A DNA stretch of 64,000 nt, taken from positions 29,700 to 93,699 of IMG/VR virus record IMGVR_UViG_3300012953_006686; one strand, given 5' to 3'. Source of the DNA: a virus. This document shows, one piece after another, positions 1 through 10,536 of this stretch (positions are counted from its first letter, which is position 1; every line of letters starts with the position of its first letter). The notes under the pieces were generated by a model. The model saw nothing but the letters and a program-made list of their open reading frames with translations, made no database searches and was not told the DNA's origin. The translations under genes and the position numbers were made by a program.

Positions 1-3000
1 AGAATCTTTGCAGACTGATATTTCAGGAAACAGATTTTCAATTAAACCAAGCCAGCCTTTATTTGCCATAGGCTTAATATACACTGGAGGATTCATATAA
101 TTTCCGCCATACAAAGCAGGATCTAAATAAAACACTCTGTTTTCTGCTGGGGTCGTAATTGCAGTATCATAATCTGATGGACTGTCTGATACATATTGAA
201 GTTCATATTCTCCCTTTTCAATTTTATATTGCATCTTGCTGACACCCAATATCATGTCATCATTTTTTATCTTGCGCATCTCCGAAAGACCTGTGACACC
301 AGATTCTTCACCAGTGGTGGTAAACTCTTCTATCTCTGCTTCTTGATAAGGACCGCCCCAATATTCTTCAGGAACATATGGAGTATTATCCGGGATAACA
401 TATTCTGCATCATCCATTGTTAGACGGTCATAACTTGCTCCGTACAACCACATAGGTTCGTTTTCGTAGACAGCATTGGCTACACTTTGATTTAATGTTT
501 CTAAAACGCTTGAATGAAACTGCTTTAAATCATCTGAGGATTGTCCTGTCGATAGAGAGTCCCAGCCGGCATTCATTAAAATTTCTTCAAGCAATGTGAG
601 GAGCGGGGAGTCTTCTTCATAATTTGAAAACTTATCTAAAAATTTCGGGTATGGATCAAAATTAATGTCAACAAACGTTTGATCTACTGCCATAAATTCG
701 AAAGCTCTTTCTTTTATGGTCGATGCTCCATCATATCTTTCTTTTTTGATATCTCTTTGTTGAACCGGGTCCAGAAGCTCCATCTCTGCATTATCTAAGT
801 CTGCATATGGGTTTAATATATTATAAATTTTAATACGAGTTGAATCACTTGGCGCCACAATAAACGGCGTCAGCTCTTCTTCGTTAATATATGTTATTTC
901 AGCTCTATTGCTAACTTCGCTTGGTATACATTTTTTGGGCGTCAACGTTCCACTAGGAGTCGATGCAAGATCGGCAAAATAAGTTTCTATATCATAACCA
1001 TATGAAAACTCATAATCTTCTACGCCTTTTGCATTATCTCTATATTGCAAAGTCAAATCAGGTGCACTTTTTCGTGTTAGTTTTACAAATTCTACATATC
1101 CCGATGACCCTGCGTCGGTATCTGCATAATAAGGATCAATTTGTATGTTGTATCCCAAATCCGGTAAACTTAAAAAATTCACTCTTTGTCTGTTGTACGA
1201 ACGATATCCCGGCAAATCTTCAAAATTTGTTCGATAATATTCGTTTGTGTAATTTGATGGTAAATCATTATTTATTGAATATTCAAAAGATAAATTATTT
1301 ATTTGCTCTCTAAGCCAGCTGGAAACATACATCGGATAGGCGCCGCGTTGCTGTTCAATGGGTCTAGGCAAGCTATTAATTAAAGGTATTAATGAGGCTA
1401 TACCTGCTACTGGATTTGTTGCGAAGGCAGCAATAGAGCCAATACCGTTTATTAAAACTTCTTCTAGTTCTGGCTTTAGTTCTTCGATTGTCCAATTTTT
1501 ATAAAAATCAACGCGCCTTTCTTGATTTGATGTTTTTCTGTGGTGAGTACTAAGTGGCTGACCCATAGTATCAGATAAAATTAAATTTAAAAGTCCCCAA
1601 TTTTTCTTGCCGGGCCCCGATCCTAACATATCTTGTGTATATGCTAGTCTTACTTGCTCCAATTTTGAATCCAGATCTGCCACAACAGCTTCTTGTACGA
1701 GTTCTGGCTCATATGGCAAGATGCCATTATCGCAGCCAGGATCAGACACTAACGGAGGCATATTGTTTTGTACGTACCCAGGAAAATCATTCATAATAGG
1801 GGCAATATCTCCCAACTCTTCCAAGAGGTTGTTTTGAAAATCATCGCACATTTTTTTAATTTGACCAGGAGAAGCTCGACCTTCCATAAGGGCTGCTCTA
1901 TTTTCGCAGAACTGCTCAAGATCTTCATCTGTGGCGCACAAAGTAGGATTCGAGGGTGTGTCTGCACCATCTTCTCCAAGTCCATTTCGCAACTGATCCC
2001 TAAAGTCAACTGGCATAACATTTCCCATGTTGCCAAAAGTTTTTTTAATGGTTTGAGGATCCCCAAAAGCGCTAGCATATTGTGGATATTCATTGTTACA
2101 AAGCTCTATTACAACAGTGGTAAATTCTTCGGATGCTTCCCCAAGAAAAGCTTCAGACATTTCATCTTGTGTGACGGCACTTGAGATGTCCATGGCAAAA
2201 TCCATCACCGTATCGGAATCAGAAAATGCTCCGGAACCATTTCCAAAAGATTCAAAAAGATCTGTCACAGTATTGTGTAAGGTTTGATCATCTACACTAT
2301 CACCACAAATAGACTTCTTGATTGTCTCAACAAGAGTATTTTCCCCAGTAGCAAGATTTTTCGCCAGCTGACCAGCGATTCCGAGTGCATTACAAGATCT
2401 ATTACTTATAGTCTTACATAACCTAACCATGAGAGACACCAAGATTTTTTGAATAAGTTGTGCCATGGCTAGCTTAACTGCGTTTTTTAAAAATAACCAC
2501 AGATCAGTAAATTTATGTCTTGGTGGAAGCATTAAAGTTGGAAATGTTATATCTTTATTGTTTCTACAAATAGGCAATTGCCAGTCTACCATATAATCTA
2601 AAGTTGAAGGATTAAAATAAGGAACTCCCGGACATGTAACACCTGCAATAATGTTTGAAATAATCGGTGCACCGGGAAATTTTCCTAGCAAATCGATAAG
2701 TGAAAATTCATCACCTACATATACTTCAATTATAGCCTGAATATACGCAACTACAACTTTATTAGGATCCAATCCTCCAGTTATTGTTTTTAATGCTGCA
2801 AAATGGCTTGGGGCTAATGTGTTTCTATTCTCGTCCTTCCAATTAGTCCAATCTCCAAAGGTCAATCCTCCCAGATTACCCTCATGGGATGAAACCCAAT
2901 CGTGTTTTGCGGTGTCTGCGCTAGATGCAGAAGCTACTCCTGCTAATGTCGAATCTGCTGCAGTGGGCGTAGATGATAGTGCTGCAGAAGCCTCCGATGA

Positions 3001-5019
3001 AAATATCTCCGGAAATTCTGATGTGATGTCTTCGAGACCAGCCTCAACTGCAGCTGTAGCTGTTTGCTGCTGTGCCTGCTCTTGGGAGAGCAAATCTCCC
3101 TCTTCTTGATTCATTGCTGCTTCATTTTCAGTTCCTTTTTCAAATATCTCGCCAGATAGCAACTTCTTTTTAGCTAAATTTTCAATCTGCTGTCTTTTGT
3201 CTACGGGAAGTCCAAGAAATAAATCTGACAGACTTTTAACAGACATGCCTTTTAAAGCCGCTTCAATCATTTTTGACAGAGCTTGTTCTAAGCTGAGACC
3301 ACTAAACAAACATTGAATTCCTTCAGTAAGCAAATCTAGTAGACCACACATCTTCAATCGATCAAGCTTGCCTCTGAATTGGGTATAAAAGTTTTTAGCT
3401 GTTTTTAAAGATGTTTCTACATTTTGACCAGGCTCTCCGGGAGGTAAACCAAATAGCCAAACGCAAAAATTACTAAACTGTTCTTCGTCTGGATCTATTT
3501 CTCCAAAAGCTTGCTCCTTTGCGAGAGCTTTAATTTTACCTGTCGCTTCTCCATCATCTCTAAATCCATATAAGCTTTGACCCTCCTGGCGTCCTCTAAC
3601 GCCTGAAGCTTGAACCTGTTCAGATGTGACCGTGTATTCTTCCTCTGTGACTGGTCCTGCGGAACCAGACACTTCGCGGATCCGGAGGGAGGACGTTTCG
3701 CGGGTCTTCGGGCTAAGATAAATCAGCATTTCCTTTTTTATTTCCATTAATTCTTCTTGTGTTTTAGCACATTTCTGCTTATGGAACTGGTACGCAATTG
3801 CATCCCCTAGTGAAAATATTGGATTCAAAATATCTTCGCCAAGCTGTTTTGATTCAGCTGCCAGCGAAGCGCCTAGGCAGCTTCTGGCTTGATCTCCATT
3901 ATCATACATAGAATTTGCTGTTTTATAGACTGGAGGATATGTGTATTCTAAAATAAAATCAATCCACGGTGTCGGCTCTGATGCTGTTATGTCTGTATCC
4001 ATTTCTCGGAGATTCATAAAATAATTTACTGCTGTTTTGTCTCTCCATGCAGAGCCCGATTTTTTTAAGATCGAAAGCTTGTCAGTAAAAGTAATCGGAT
4101 CAGTTTGACACCCAGCAGCTTCTATAGTTAATCTAATTAAATCCCTATCTTTGAAAGAAAAAGTCAATCTTTCGGCAGTCCTATTAGCTCGTGCCATGTC
4201 TCCCGAGAAAGAGCCGACGCCTTGAATATTTATTTTTCTAGAATTTAAAAACGAGTCTAGCTCCTCTATCAATGTAGCTAACTTAGAGGCATTTGGTGAC
4301 AGACCAAAATCACCATATAAATCTAAATTAAAAACACTGTTATCAGTTAAAAATAAAATATTACTATTTTCAACCTTTCTCATTACAGTTAAACTTCTAG
4401 CATACATCCACAATGCTTTCCTAACTTGTATATTAAAAAGCAACAATTCTTCAACAGCGTAAGTAACTTCAACATCGCCATTATCTTCGTCTTCGTCAGC
4501 AGGAGCATCTGGCAGTGCCTCAAACTCTTCGCTAGGTACAGAGTATAAAAGCTTTAAATGACTGGAGGACCTTAGAGAAAGATTCCAGTCTGTTTTTTGC
4601 ATCATATCATATACCTGCATTTGAATACCGGCGACGGTAGACTTATCGTAGTACTTGAGCAGTGCTTCAATTGCAGTATAAATGTATTCTTCATAAATCT
4701 CTTCAAGAGATTGATTTGCTAAATTTTCTATCTCTGCTTCTGAATATTCTATTTCTCCTATTGGTAGAGCGTCTCCAAATGTGGTCTTATATGAAGTGGG
4801 AGCAGTAATTTGATACATGCATAATCTTTCATTTAAAAAAGGAGACTCTAGATCTTTTTGAGTCCAATCTGGAACTATTGCGGTTGCATTAGGCACACAA
4901 TCCGGACATTCGGCTGGTGGTAGAATATTGAATTCTGCCTCACAAGCATCAATAAGCCCGTCGCCATTTACATCTTGATATTTTAAAAATGGTGACTCTT
5001 TTTGTTCTTCTTCTGCCAT
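1..5019 (-). CDS. Very large (>1673 aa) putative virion structural protein, truncated by the window edge
   Basis: ATG at 5019 (MAEEEQKESPFLKYQDVNGDGLIDAC...). The frame was open wherever I translated it (1-130 gives ...LDPALYGGNYMNPPVYIKPMANKGWLGLIENLFPEISVCKDS; 3601-3750 also open). Its absence from the ORF track fits an ORF with no stop in the window. It follows baseplate-like genes. Confidence 0.8.
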   Translation of the reverse strand, partial: MAEEEQKESPFLKYQDVNGDGLIDACEAEFNILPPAECPDCVPNATAIVPDWTQKDLESPFLNERLCMYQITAPTSYKTTFGDALPIGEIEYSEAEIENLANQSLEEIYEEYIYTAIEALLKYYDKSTVAGIQMQVYDMMQKTDWNLSLRSSSHLKLLYSVPSEEFEALPDAPADEDEDNGDVEVTYAVEELLLFNIQVRKALWMYARSLTVMRKVENSNILFLTDNSVFNLDLYGDFGLSPNASKLATLIEELDSFLNSRKINIQGVGSFSGDMARANRTAERLTFSFKDRDLIRLTIEAAGCQTDPITFTDKLSILKKSGSAWRDKTAVNYFMNLREMDTDITASEPTPWIDFILEYTYPPVYKTANSMYDNGDQARSCLGASLAAESKQLGEDILNPIFSLGDAIAYQFHKQKCAKTQEELMEIKKEMLIYLSPKTRETSSLRIREVSGSAGPVTEEEYTVTSEQVQASGVRGRQEGQSLYGFRDDGEATGKIKALAKEQAFGEIDPDEEQFSNFCVWLFGLPPGEPGQNVETSLKTAKNFYTQFRGKLDRLKMCGLLDLLTEGIQCLFSGLSLEQALSKMIEAALKGMSVKSLSDLFLGLPVDKRQQIENLAKKKLLSGEIFEKGTENEAAMNQEEGDLLSQEQAQQQTATAAVEAGLEDITSEFPEIFSSEASAALSSTPTAADSTLAGVASASSADTAKHDWVSSHEGNLGGLTFGDWTNWKDENRNTLAPSHFAALKTITGGLDPNKVVVAYIQAIIEVYVGDEFSLIDLLGKFPGAPIISNIIAGVTCPGVPYFNPSTLDYMVDWQLPICRNNKDITFPTLMLPPRHKFTDLWLFLKNAVKLAMAQLIQKILVSLMVRLCKTISNRSCNALGIAGQLAKNLATGENTLVETIKKSICGDSVDDQTLHNTVTDLFESFGNGSGAFSDSDTVMDFAMDISSAVTQDEMSEAFLGEASEEFTTVVIELCNNEYPQYASAFGDPQTIKKTFGNMGNVMPVDFRDQLRNGLGEDGADTPSNPTLCATDEDLEQFCENRAALMEGRASPGQIKKMCDDFQNNLLEELGDIAPIMNDFPGYVQNNMPPLVSDPGCDNGILPYEPELVQEAVVADLDSKLEQVRLAYTQDMLGSGPGKKNWGLLNLILSDTMGQPLSTHHRKTSNQERRVDFYKNWTIEELKPELEEVLINGIGSIAAFATNPVAGIASLIPLINSLPRPIEQQRGAYPMYVSSWLREQINNLSFEYSINNDLPSNYTNEYYRTNFEDLPGYRSYNRQRVNFLSLPDLGYNIQIDPYYADTDAGSSGYVEFVKLTRKSAPDLTLQYRDNAKGVEDYEFSYGYDIETYFADLASTPSGTLTPKKCIPSEVSNRAEITYINEEELTPFIVAPSDSTRIKIYNILNPYADLDNAEMELLDPVQQRDIKKERYDGASTIKERAFEFMAVDQTFVDINFDPYPKFLDKFSNYEEDSPLLTLLEEILMNAGWDSLSTGQSSDDLKQFHSSVLETLNQSVANAVYENEPMWLYGASYDRLTMDDAEYVIPDNTPYVPEEYWGGPYQEAEIEEFTTTGEESGVTGLSEMRKIKNDDMILGVSKMQYKIEKGEYELQYVSDSPSDYDTAITTPAENRVFYLDPALYGGNYMNPPVYIKPMANKGWLGLIENLFPEISVCKDS

Positions 5020-5037
5020 TCTATAGTTTCCAATTAT

Positions 5038-6063
5038 TTAAGTTAAATTCACATTTTTGCTGCAAATAGATCTGTTTGCGTTGTCCGTTAAAAACGTCTG
5101 GGCCCACGCAGCTATATGTGACTGAATTGACCACTGACTTTGTAGTCCGTAATTAGTAACCGTTGAAGCAAATGCGGCTGATGCAGCTGCGGCGGGAGCA
5201 AGTCGAAGAACAGCTCCAAAATTAAGACCAAGAGCGCTCGCCCATACCAATAAAGCTGTATTAACTGTCATTTGTGCACTAGCTAGAGAGTCTAATAGAT
5301 CTCCAAGCTCGGCTAGTGCAAGACGCAAATTATCACCCATTACTGCTGGCTGTAGATAGTTATAAGTTAAATCTAAATTAGGCACGTAAATACTAACCGC
5401 ATCAGCTAGCGGTTTAAGTAGCTCTGGAAATGGAAGCTGGTGGGATCCTATGTTGTTGCCAGCGATGAGATCAATTGTTGGTGAAATTTGATATTTTCCT
5501 CCTTTTGATGTTTTTTCGCCGCCGCCATCAACACCAAGAGCGTGACCGGTAATAAGTTTAATTCCTTGTCGACCAACTACGCGGGTTTTATCAGCTTTAA
5601 GAACTACTGCAGATGCAGCTTTTTCACCAGTAGAGGGAGGCTCGTGAGCAATTCCAAACATAGTGTCTACTTTAACTGCCCTACTAACATAAACCCTAGC
5701 TGCGTCTGTCACAGAGTTAACATTGACTATCTGACCGTTACAAGGCTCTCCGCCGTCATTGAATCCAACCACAATATCAATAGTATCAGAAGGGTTTCCG
5801 GTTTTTCCTTCGCCGCTCATATCGTTTGTGTTTCTTTGGGGTCCCATAATAATACCAGCATTATTAAAATATATTACTTTTTCTCCAAGAGTTATATTTC
5901 TGTGTATATATGGTTGGACAGGTGGAGTATTTGCTAACCCTCCTAACTGTTGCCTTACGGGAACGTTGTTATTAATGTAATCTTGTGCGGTTGTCTGCTT
6001 AACAACCTGACCAGATTCACACACTTCGAAGTGACTATCGTCATTTATTTTTCTAGTGGTCAT
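5038..6063 (-). CDS. Putative baseplate spike/hub protein (gp5 C-terminal-like)
   Basis: Beta-strand-rich repeats (TIDIVVG, AARVYVS, SAVVLKADKTRVVGRQGIKLITG) and a hydrophobic Ala-rich C-terminus. It sits next to muralytic-domain proteins. Confidence 0.5.
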   Translation of the reverse strand: MTTRKINDDSHFEVCESGQVVKQTTAQDYINNNVPVRQQLGGLANTPPVQPYIHRNITLGEKVIYFNNAGIIMGPQRNTNDMSGEGKTGNPSDTIDIVVGFNDGGEPCNGQIVNVNSVTDAARVYVSRAVKVDTMFGIAHEPPSTGEKAASAVVLKADKTRVVGRQGIKLITGHALGVDGGGEKTSKGGKYQISPTIDLIAGNNIGSHQLPFPELLKPLADAVSIYVPNLDLTYNYLQPAVMGDNLRLALAELGDLLDSLASAQMTVNTALLVWASALGLNFGAVLRLAPAAAASAAFASTVTNYGLQSQWSIQSHIAAWAQTFLTDNANRSICSKNVNLT

Positions 6064-6126
6064 ATTATTATTTTATTACCTATAATATGTTTATAATTAT
6101 CATCTTAACACAAATATAAACGTTTT

Positions 6127-7296
6127 TTATGTTTGATTTCTAAGCTCAACATGACAAGCATTATTTCTATATTCCGGTGGTTTTTCTAATTTCCAACCAT
6201 TCGGGGCAAATGCAGTACTGGCGAAAGGAGATATTGAGCCAGCATCAACAAGCGCTTGATAGCCTTTGGGACCCGTATCATCTTTGAATTCTTGGAGTGC
6301 TGTAGCTATAGCTTCAAGGGCTGTGACTTTTTCTGCGTCTGTACCATCAGAGCCGGCTCCACCTGCAACATCAAACGCAACAATGTTTCCATATCTACAT
6401 CCTTCACCTACGCAATGATTGCTTCTAGAAGGCATTGCAATTGCCAAGCCGTGAGAACTCGTTAAGATACCTCTTAATCTTTCATTCTCAGTGTGGCTCA
6501 TGCCATCTCCATTGACTGTTATCGATCTTGCTCTTGCCATTCTAACAATCATAGCGCGACCCTGCGTTATAGTTCTCCCAGTTGATGTTACCCTCACGCC
6601 GGCCGGCACATTTCCATGATCAACAACCGCTTCCCAAAAAGAATCAATTTGTCTTTGTCTTTCGGTGGCGCCGGCTACTGTGGTCTCACTAGAAACCGTA
6701 GCGCTACTAAAATCTAGTGCAGCCAAGGCAGTGCTGCATCGTGCTATTAATCTAGCATTTGAAACATCAAATTTTTCAGCAACCTGTATGGTCGATGTTA
6801 CAGTAGCCAACTCAGTCTCTACACTTCCTCTGCGATTAACAGGGCATGCCACTGTTAAAATGTCACCTGATTGTATATTGGTGCGCGTTTCGCCAAACCC
6901 TTCATAATTTTTTGCTGTCATTGCCAATGTGTGATTTACAAGAGACATTGAATTAGTTTCCGGCGCGCCAGTGGTTGCCTCTTCACAAGGGGTTTCTAAA
7001 AAGCTATGAGGATCTAAGCCTTCATAAAATTCTGATAATATTCTAATGCGCAATATCTGTCTATCATCAGGAAAGGAATCAGTTGTCATAAGGCGACTGC
7101 TGTACTCAGAAGAACTTCTTCTGCTAAGCATCCAGTTTCTATCAATGGGCACTGAATCAGTAACCGCTTGAGCCACAAACACACGTTGTGCGCCGCGAGA
7201 ATTTACTATCTTATTTGACTGCAGGCGCGCATACAAGCTCATTCTTTCGCGAGCGGTGGTAAAAGATGTTATATCTAACGGCGGTGTTGTTGACAT
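6127..7296 (-). CDS. LDITS-family baseplate protein with C-terminal M15-like Zn peptidase domain
   Basis: N-terminal domain is paralogous to the two neighbours. The C-terminus has VTSTGR, SNHxxG...AFD and HVE, matching the LAS/M15 metallopeptidase S-x-H-x-x-G-x-A-x-D...H-x-E pattern with an insertion. Confidence 0.6.
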   Translation of the reverse strand: MSTTPPLDITSFTTARERMSLYARLQSNKIVNSRGAQRVFVAQAVTDSVPIDRNWMLSRRSSSEYSSRLMTTDSFPDDRQILRIRILSEFYEGLDPHSFLETPCEEATTGAPETNSMSLVNHTLAMTAKNYEGFGETRTNIQSGDILTVACPVNRRGSVETELATVTSTIQVAEKFDVSNARLIARCSTALAALDFSSATVSSETTVAGATERQRQIDSFWEAVVDHGNVPAGVRVTSTGRTITQGRAMIVRMARARSITVNGDGMSHTENERLRGILTSSHGLAIAMPSRSNHCVGEGCRYGNIVAFDVAGGAGSDGTDAEKVTALEAIATALQEFKDDTGPKGYQALVDAGSISPFASTAFAPNGWKLEKPPEYRNNACHVELRNQT

Positions 7297-7319
7297 ACTA
7301 TATTATAACTCCATTTAAT

Positions 7320-7964
7320 TTATACTGCACTGACAAATAAGCTAGCTAAAGTTGTGCAACCTATCGATGACGTTGGTTCGGTGCTGCTATCTATAGTATT
7401 TCTACTAAACAATGACACTAGAATACCTTGCTCTAGATCATAATAATTATTATCTCCCATCACCAGTCCGACTTGAATTATATCATCTTTGCTTATAGTG
7501 GCGCCGCGGCTCAAAGAAAAACCATCTCCACTTATAAAAAGAGTATATTGACAAACTTTTTCTAAATCAGATTCATAATCGGCAGACGTTGCTAAAGAAC
7601 AAGGATTTTCAAAGCCATTATGTGGGTTATTGTAAGATTCTAGAGCATTACCATTTGAGTCGCCAATAATTTTAGCCCTGACAATATACTTTGAGGGGGA
7701 GTCTCCTTCGAAAAAACGAGTAAAATCTTCACCACGATATGTATAATGACCTTCTGATTGAAGAGTCCAAGCGCCGAGTTCATCAGAATCAAGACCGCAC
7801 ATGCCGGTGAAGCGACCATCAACTGGGACAGCATCAGTTAGGGCAACCGCAGTGAACACACCAATGGTTCCGGGCTCAGTCACTTGCAATGCGCCGCGCT
7901 GTTTTGCCATACCAAGCTCAACTAGCATAAATGGGGTAGTAAACGATGTGATATCTAAAGGCAT
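7320..7964 (-). CDS. LDITS-family baseplate protein (shared domain only)
   Basis: Shares LDITSFT, AxTDAVPxD, RxxIIGD and PHxxxxNPC motifs with its neighbours; no C-terminal extension. Confidence 0.55.
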   Translation of the reverse strand: MPLDITSFTTPFMLVELGMAKQRGALQVTEPGTIGVFTAVALTDAVPVDGRFTGMCGLDSDELGAWTLQSEGHYTYRGEDFTRFFEGDSPSKYIVRAKIIGDSNGNALESYNNPHNGFENPCSLATSADYESDLEKVCQYTLFISGDGFSLSRGATISKDDIIQVGLVMGDNNYYDLEQGILVSLFSRNTIDSSTEPTSSIGCTTLASLFVSAV

Positions 7965-7988
7965 TAAATTATTTTCTCCTTATATATT

Positions 7989-9230
7989 TTAACACACGGC
8001 GCCGCCGATTTCTGTATAATATGTACTTGGAAACATTCCATTGGCGTCTGCTATTTCTGTTCCATCGCGCATGTTTTCAGCGCCGCCGGCGCCTCTTAGG
8101 TGGGCTGCAGCCAACATGCCGCCCACATCATTAGGGTTGTCTAAATCTAATTTTCCATTCGAGCGCAGATATCTAAAGTGAGTATTTGAGTGGCGACGAA
8201 CCGCGTCTTCTTGGCATCCATTTTTATTTGCAAGATAGTCTGCTTTACTGTTGACTCCATTCTGACCAGTCCAGTTAGAGCTATTATCTATTATTCCATT
8301 GGTAGTCGGGCGACAAGACTCAGATTGACCTTTACAGGTGCCCATAGAATTCCAGCTTCCGGTTTTCAAATAACCAGCAGTTTCTAAAGCGGCAACTCCA
8401 AACTGATAGTAGCCTAAGTAACCAGCAGAGTTTACATCAGAGTAAGATGTAGCTTCGTGCGCGCGAACAGCGGCTAGCCAGTTTTCCCAAGAAGTACTAC
8501 CAAAATAAGTTTCAATATCAGTTGATTCCCTATTAGATGGTCGGCAGCCGGCTGTTAATTTTACACAATCAAAATCTATTCTTCTTACTTCAACTCGGGT
8601 ACCAGTACGACTACCACACTCGCCAGAACTGGTACTCGCTGATGTGCCAGACCAAGCCAAGCCGGATAGACTTGAAACAGCGCTGCTGCATTCCGTTGCT
8701 GCTCCTGGACCTCGACCTTCAGCTGCATGTTTTTTGATTTGTAATATTCTGCCGCTCTGTAAGTCTATAGCTCCATACCTATCATATTTAACTTCAATTC
8801 TAACCTCAGTTCCTTCAGAAATATAAGAATTTGCGTTGTGGTGGTGCAAGGAGTGCTCACATCGAATAAACATGTGTTGAATCGAATCATCGGAGCAAGC
8901 GCCTAAAAAATTATGACAATTTGCCATTGATCTTAAGCGATGACCTCGACTATCACCAATAATCCTACACATAACTAAGTGCGTTTGAATTGGTCCGGAG
9001 CGTGTGCCGCCCCATGGTACTCGCGAGGTACGGGCGCTGATACCTCCATTTCCTATAAATCGTTCATATTGTGCAGCGTCTATAGGTACCGCGGTTGTTA
9101 CGGCGATTGCGGTATACCGCCTAACTTCTCCAGGATCTCCCATATCAATGCGGTTGTAGGTGCTAGACGCGTCGAGGTCTGCGATGTCTCTACTGTTTGT
9201 ATAGCTCGTAATGTCTAGACGGCGACCCAC
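7989..9230 (-). CDS. LDITS-family baseplate protein with C-terminal lysozyme-like/lytic transglycosylase domain
   Basis: Likely GTG start at 9230 (MGRRLDITSYT) after AAGGA. The C-terminus AVRAHEA..Y..VNSAGYLGYYQFG...GMLAAAHLRGAGGA matches the lysozyme-like superfamily (catalytic Glu, GxYQ, AAHxxG). Confidence 0.7.
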   Translation of the reverse strand: MGRRLDITSYTNSRDIADLDASSTYNRIDMGDPGEVRRYTAIAVTTAVPIDAAQYERFIGNGGISARTSRVPWGGTRSGPIQTHLVMCRIIGDSRGHRLRSMANCHNFLGACSDDSIQHMFIRCEHSLHHHNANSYISEGTEVRIEVKYDRYGAIDLQSGRILQIKKHAAEGRGPGAATECSSAVSSLSGLAWSGTSASTSSGECGSRTGTRVEVRRIDFDCVKLTAGCRPSNRESTDIETYFGSTSWENWLAAVRAHEATSYSDVNSAGYLGYYQFGVAALETAGYLKTGSWNSMGTCKGQSESCRPTTNGIIDNSSNWTGQNGVNSKADYLANKNGCQEDAVRRHSNTHFRYLRSNGKLDLDNPNDVGGMLAAAHLRGAGGAENMRDGTEIADANGMFPSTYYTEIGGAVC

Positions 9231-9231
9231 A

Positions 9232-9522
9232 TCAAGCGGTTCCTTGAATAATATCAAACAGATTGTCTTTATCTTCTTCAGATAAGATATCTTGCTTTGG
9301 ATCAGATTTTTTCTGTATTCCAATAAGTTTAACTAATTGTTCGTTAGATCTTTGAAGTGTTTCAATATGCTTCGCGGCGACTGGGCTTAAATATTTATTT
9401 TGGTCTGCATCAGATGCTATCAAGTTCGCAATCTCATTAAGAAATTCGCGAGCAGATTTTCTATCGCTACGTATATTGTCTAATGCTTCGTCTATTAAAG
9501 ATTGTAAATTTTTATTACTCAT
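9232..9522 (-). CDS. Hypothetical coiled-coil protein
   Basis: ATGA overlap with the sigma gene at 9519-9522; helical composition. Confidence 0.7.
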   Translation of the reverse strand: MSNKNLQSLIDEALDNIRSDRKSAREFLNEIANLIASDADQNKYLSPVAAKHIETLQRSNEQLVKLIGIQKKSDPKQDILSEEDKDNLFDIIQGTA

Positions 9523-10244
9523 AGCTCTCCGTTTTCCCAACCTTGCCTAAAAGAATAGTATTTCTTTTTAAACTTCTTCAAAGAGTTAACAATTTGCTTG
9601 GTGTTTAAGCCCGTTATCTCTCTAAGGTATAGGTAAATAGCTTTCTTATTAAAAATTTCTATGTCGTCTTTTGATTCAAAAAGTATATTAATCGCTTTAT
9701 AAACTTTTAAATCGTTATCCTTCATTGCAGAGGTGTCCCACGATTTTAATTCTTCGTAAAATGAATTCCAAAATTCTTCTTCTTCTCGATTGCTTAAATA
9801 AGACTCATTTGTTGATAAAAACTCTTCTTCAAATTTTTTAGATATATTATCATAATCAACTTCACGTTTATTTAATTTTTGCTGTCTTTTTACTTTATGA
9901 ATAAACCAGTTTTTAGTAATTACTGAGAAGTACGAGAACGCTTTTGACCCCTTGCTCGGATCATACTTGTCTAGTATCGTCATTAGCCATATCTTGCATT
10001 CATCTCTTAAATAATCACAATTTGGCAGATTGGTAAATTTATAAGTGAATACAATCTTATCCACCATTTCGTTAAATGCTGGCTGAATCCATTTTACATA
10101 TAATTCTGTGCGCTCTCGAATACAAGTGGTTTTAGTATATTGAATTATCGCATTTTCGTGTTCAGACGTAAAATAATAATTCTTATTCTTCTTCTTCTTG
10201 GTCGCTCGTCGCTTCTTCGTTTGTGTTTTCATTTGTGTTGTCAT
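9519..10244 (-). CDS. Phage sigma factor, T4 gp55-like (late transcription)
   Basis: N-terminal KNYYFT motif and region-2-like LDKYDPSKGSKAFSYFSVITKNWF resemble gp55/sigma70 region 2. Confidence 0.7.
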   Translation of the reverse strand: MTTQMKTQTKKRRATKKKKNKNYYFTSEHENAIIQYTKTTCIRERTELYVKWIQPAFNEMVDKIVFTYKFTNLPNCDYLRDECKIWLMTILDKYDPSKGSKAFSYFSVITKNWFIHKVKRQQKLNKREVDYDNISKKFEEEFLSTNESYLSNREEEEFWNSFYEELKSWDTSAMKDNDLKVYKAINILFESKDDIEIFNKKAIYLYLREITGLNTKQIVNSLKKFKKKYYSFRQGWENGEL

Positions 10245-10536
10245 TTAGTTCTTGTTCTGTTAACGAATATATATATTCAAAATTTCCCAGCTGGTCATTT
10301 AAAGAAATTGCATGGTTTAATAAATACTGCAATGTAGGATCACCGTAAAAAGAATCCAACTCATAGACCGACTTGGTATGCTTGGCGAAGGCGTCGATCA
10401 TGTTTTGCAAATCTCCAAGTTCTTCTGAAACAAGCAATAGTCTTGTAACTGCGGCTCTTGCATAAAAAAAGACGCCTATATTGAACAATAGCGATACAAA
10501 AAAGAAGGCTGATAGTATTATTTCAAGACGCGTCAT
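10183..10536 (-). CDS. Membrane-anchored hypothetical protein
   Basis: N-terminal hydrophobic helix (IILSAFFFVSLLFNIGVFFY) and acidic tail. Confidence 0.7.
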   Translation of the reverse strand: MTRLEIILSAFFFVSLLFNIGVFFYARAAVTRLLLVSEELGDLQNMIDAFAKHTKSVYELDSFYGDPTLQYLLNHAISLNDQLGNFEYIYSLTEQELNDNTNENTNEEATSDQEEEE

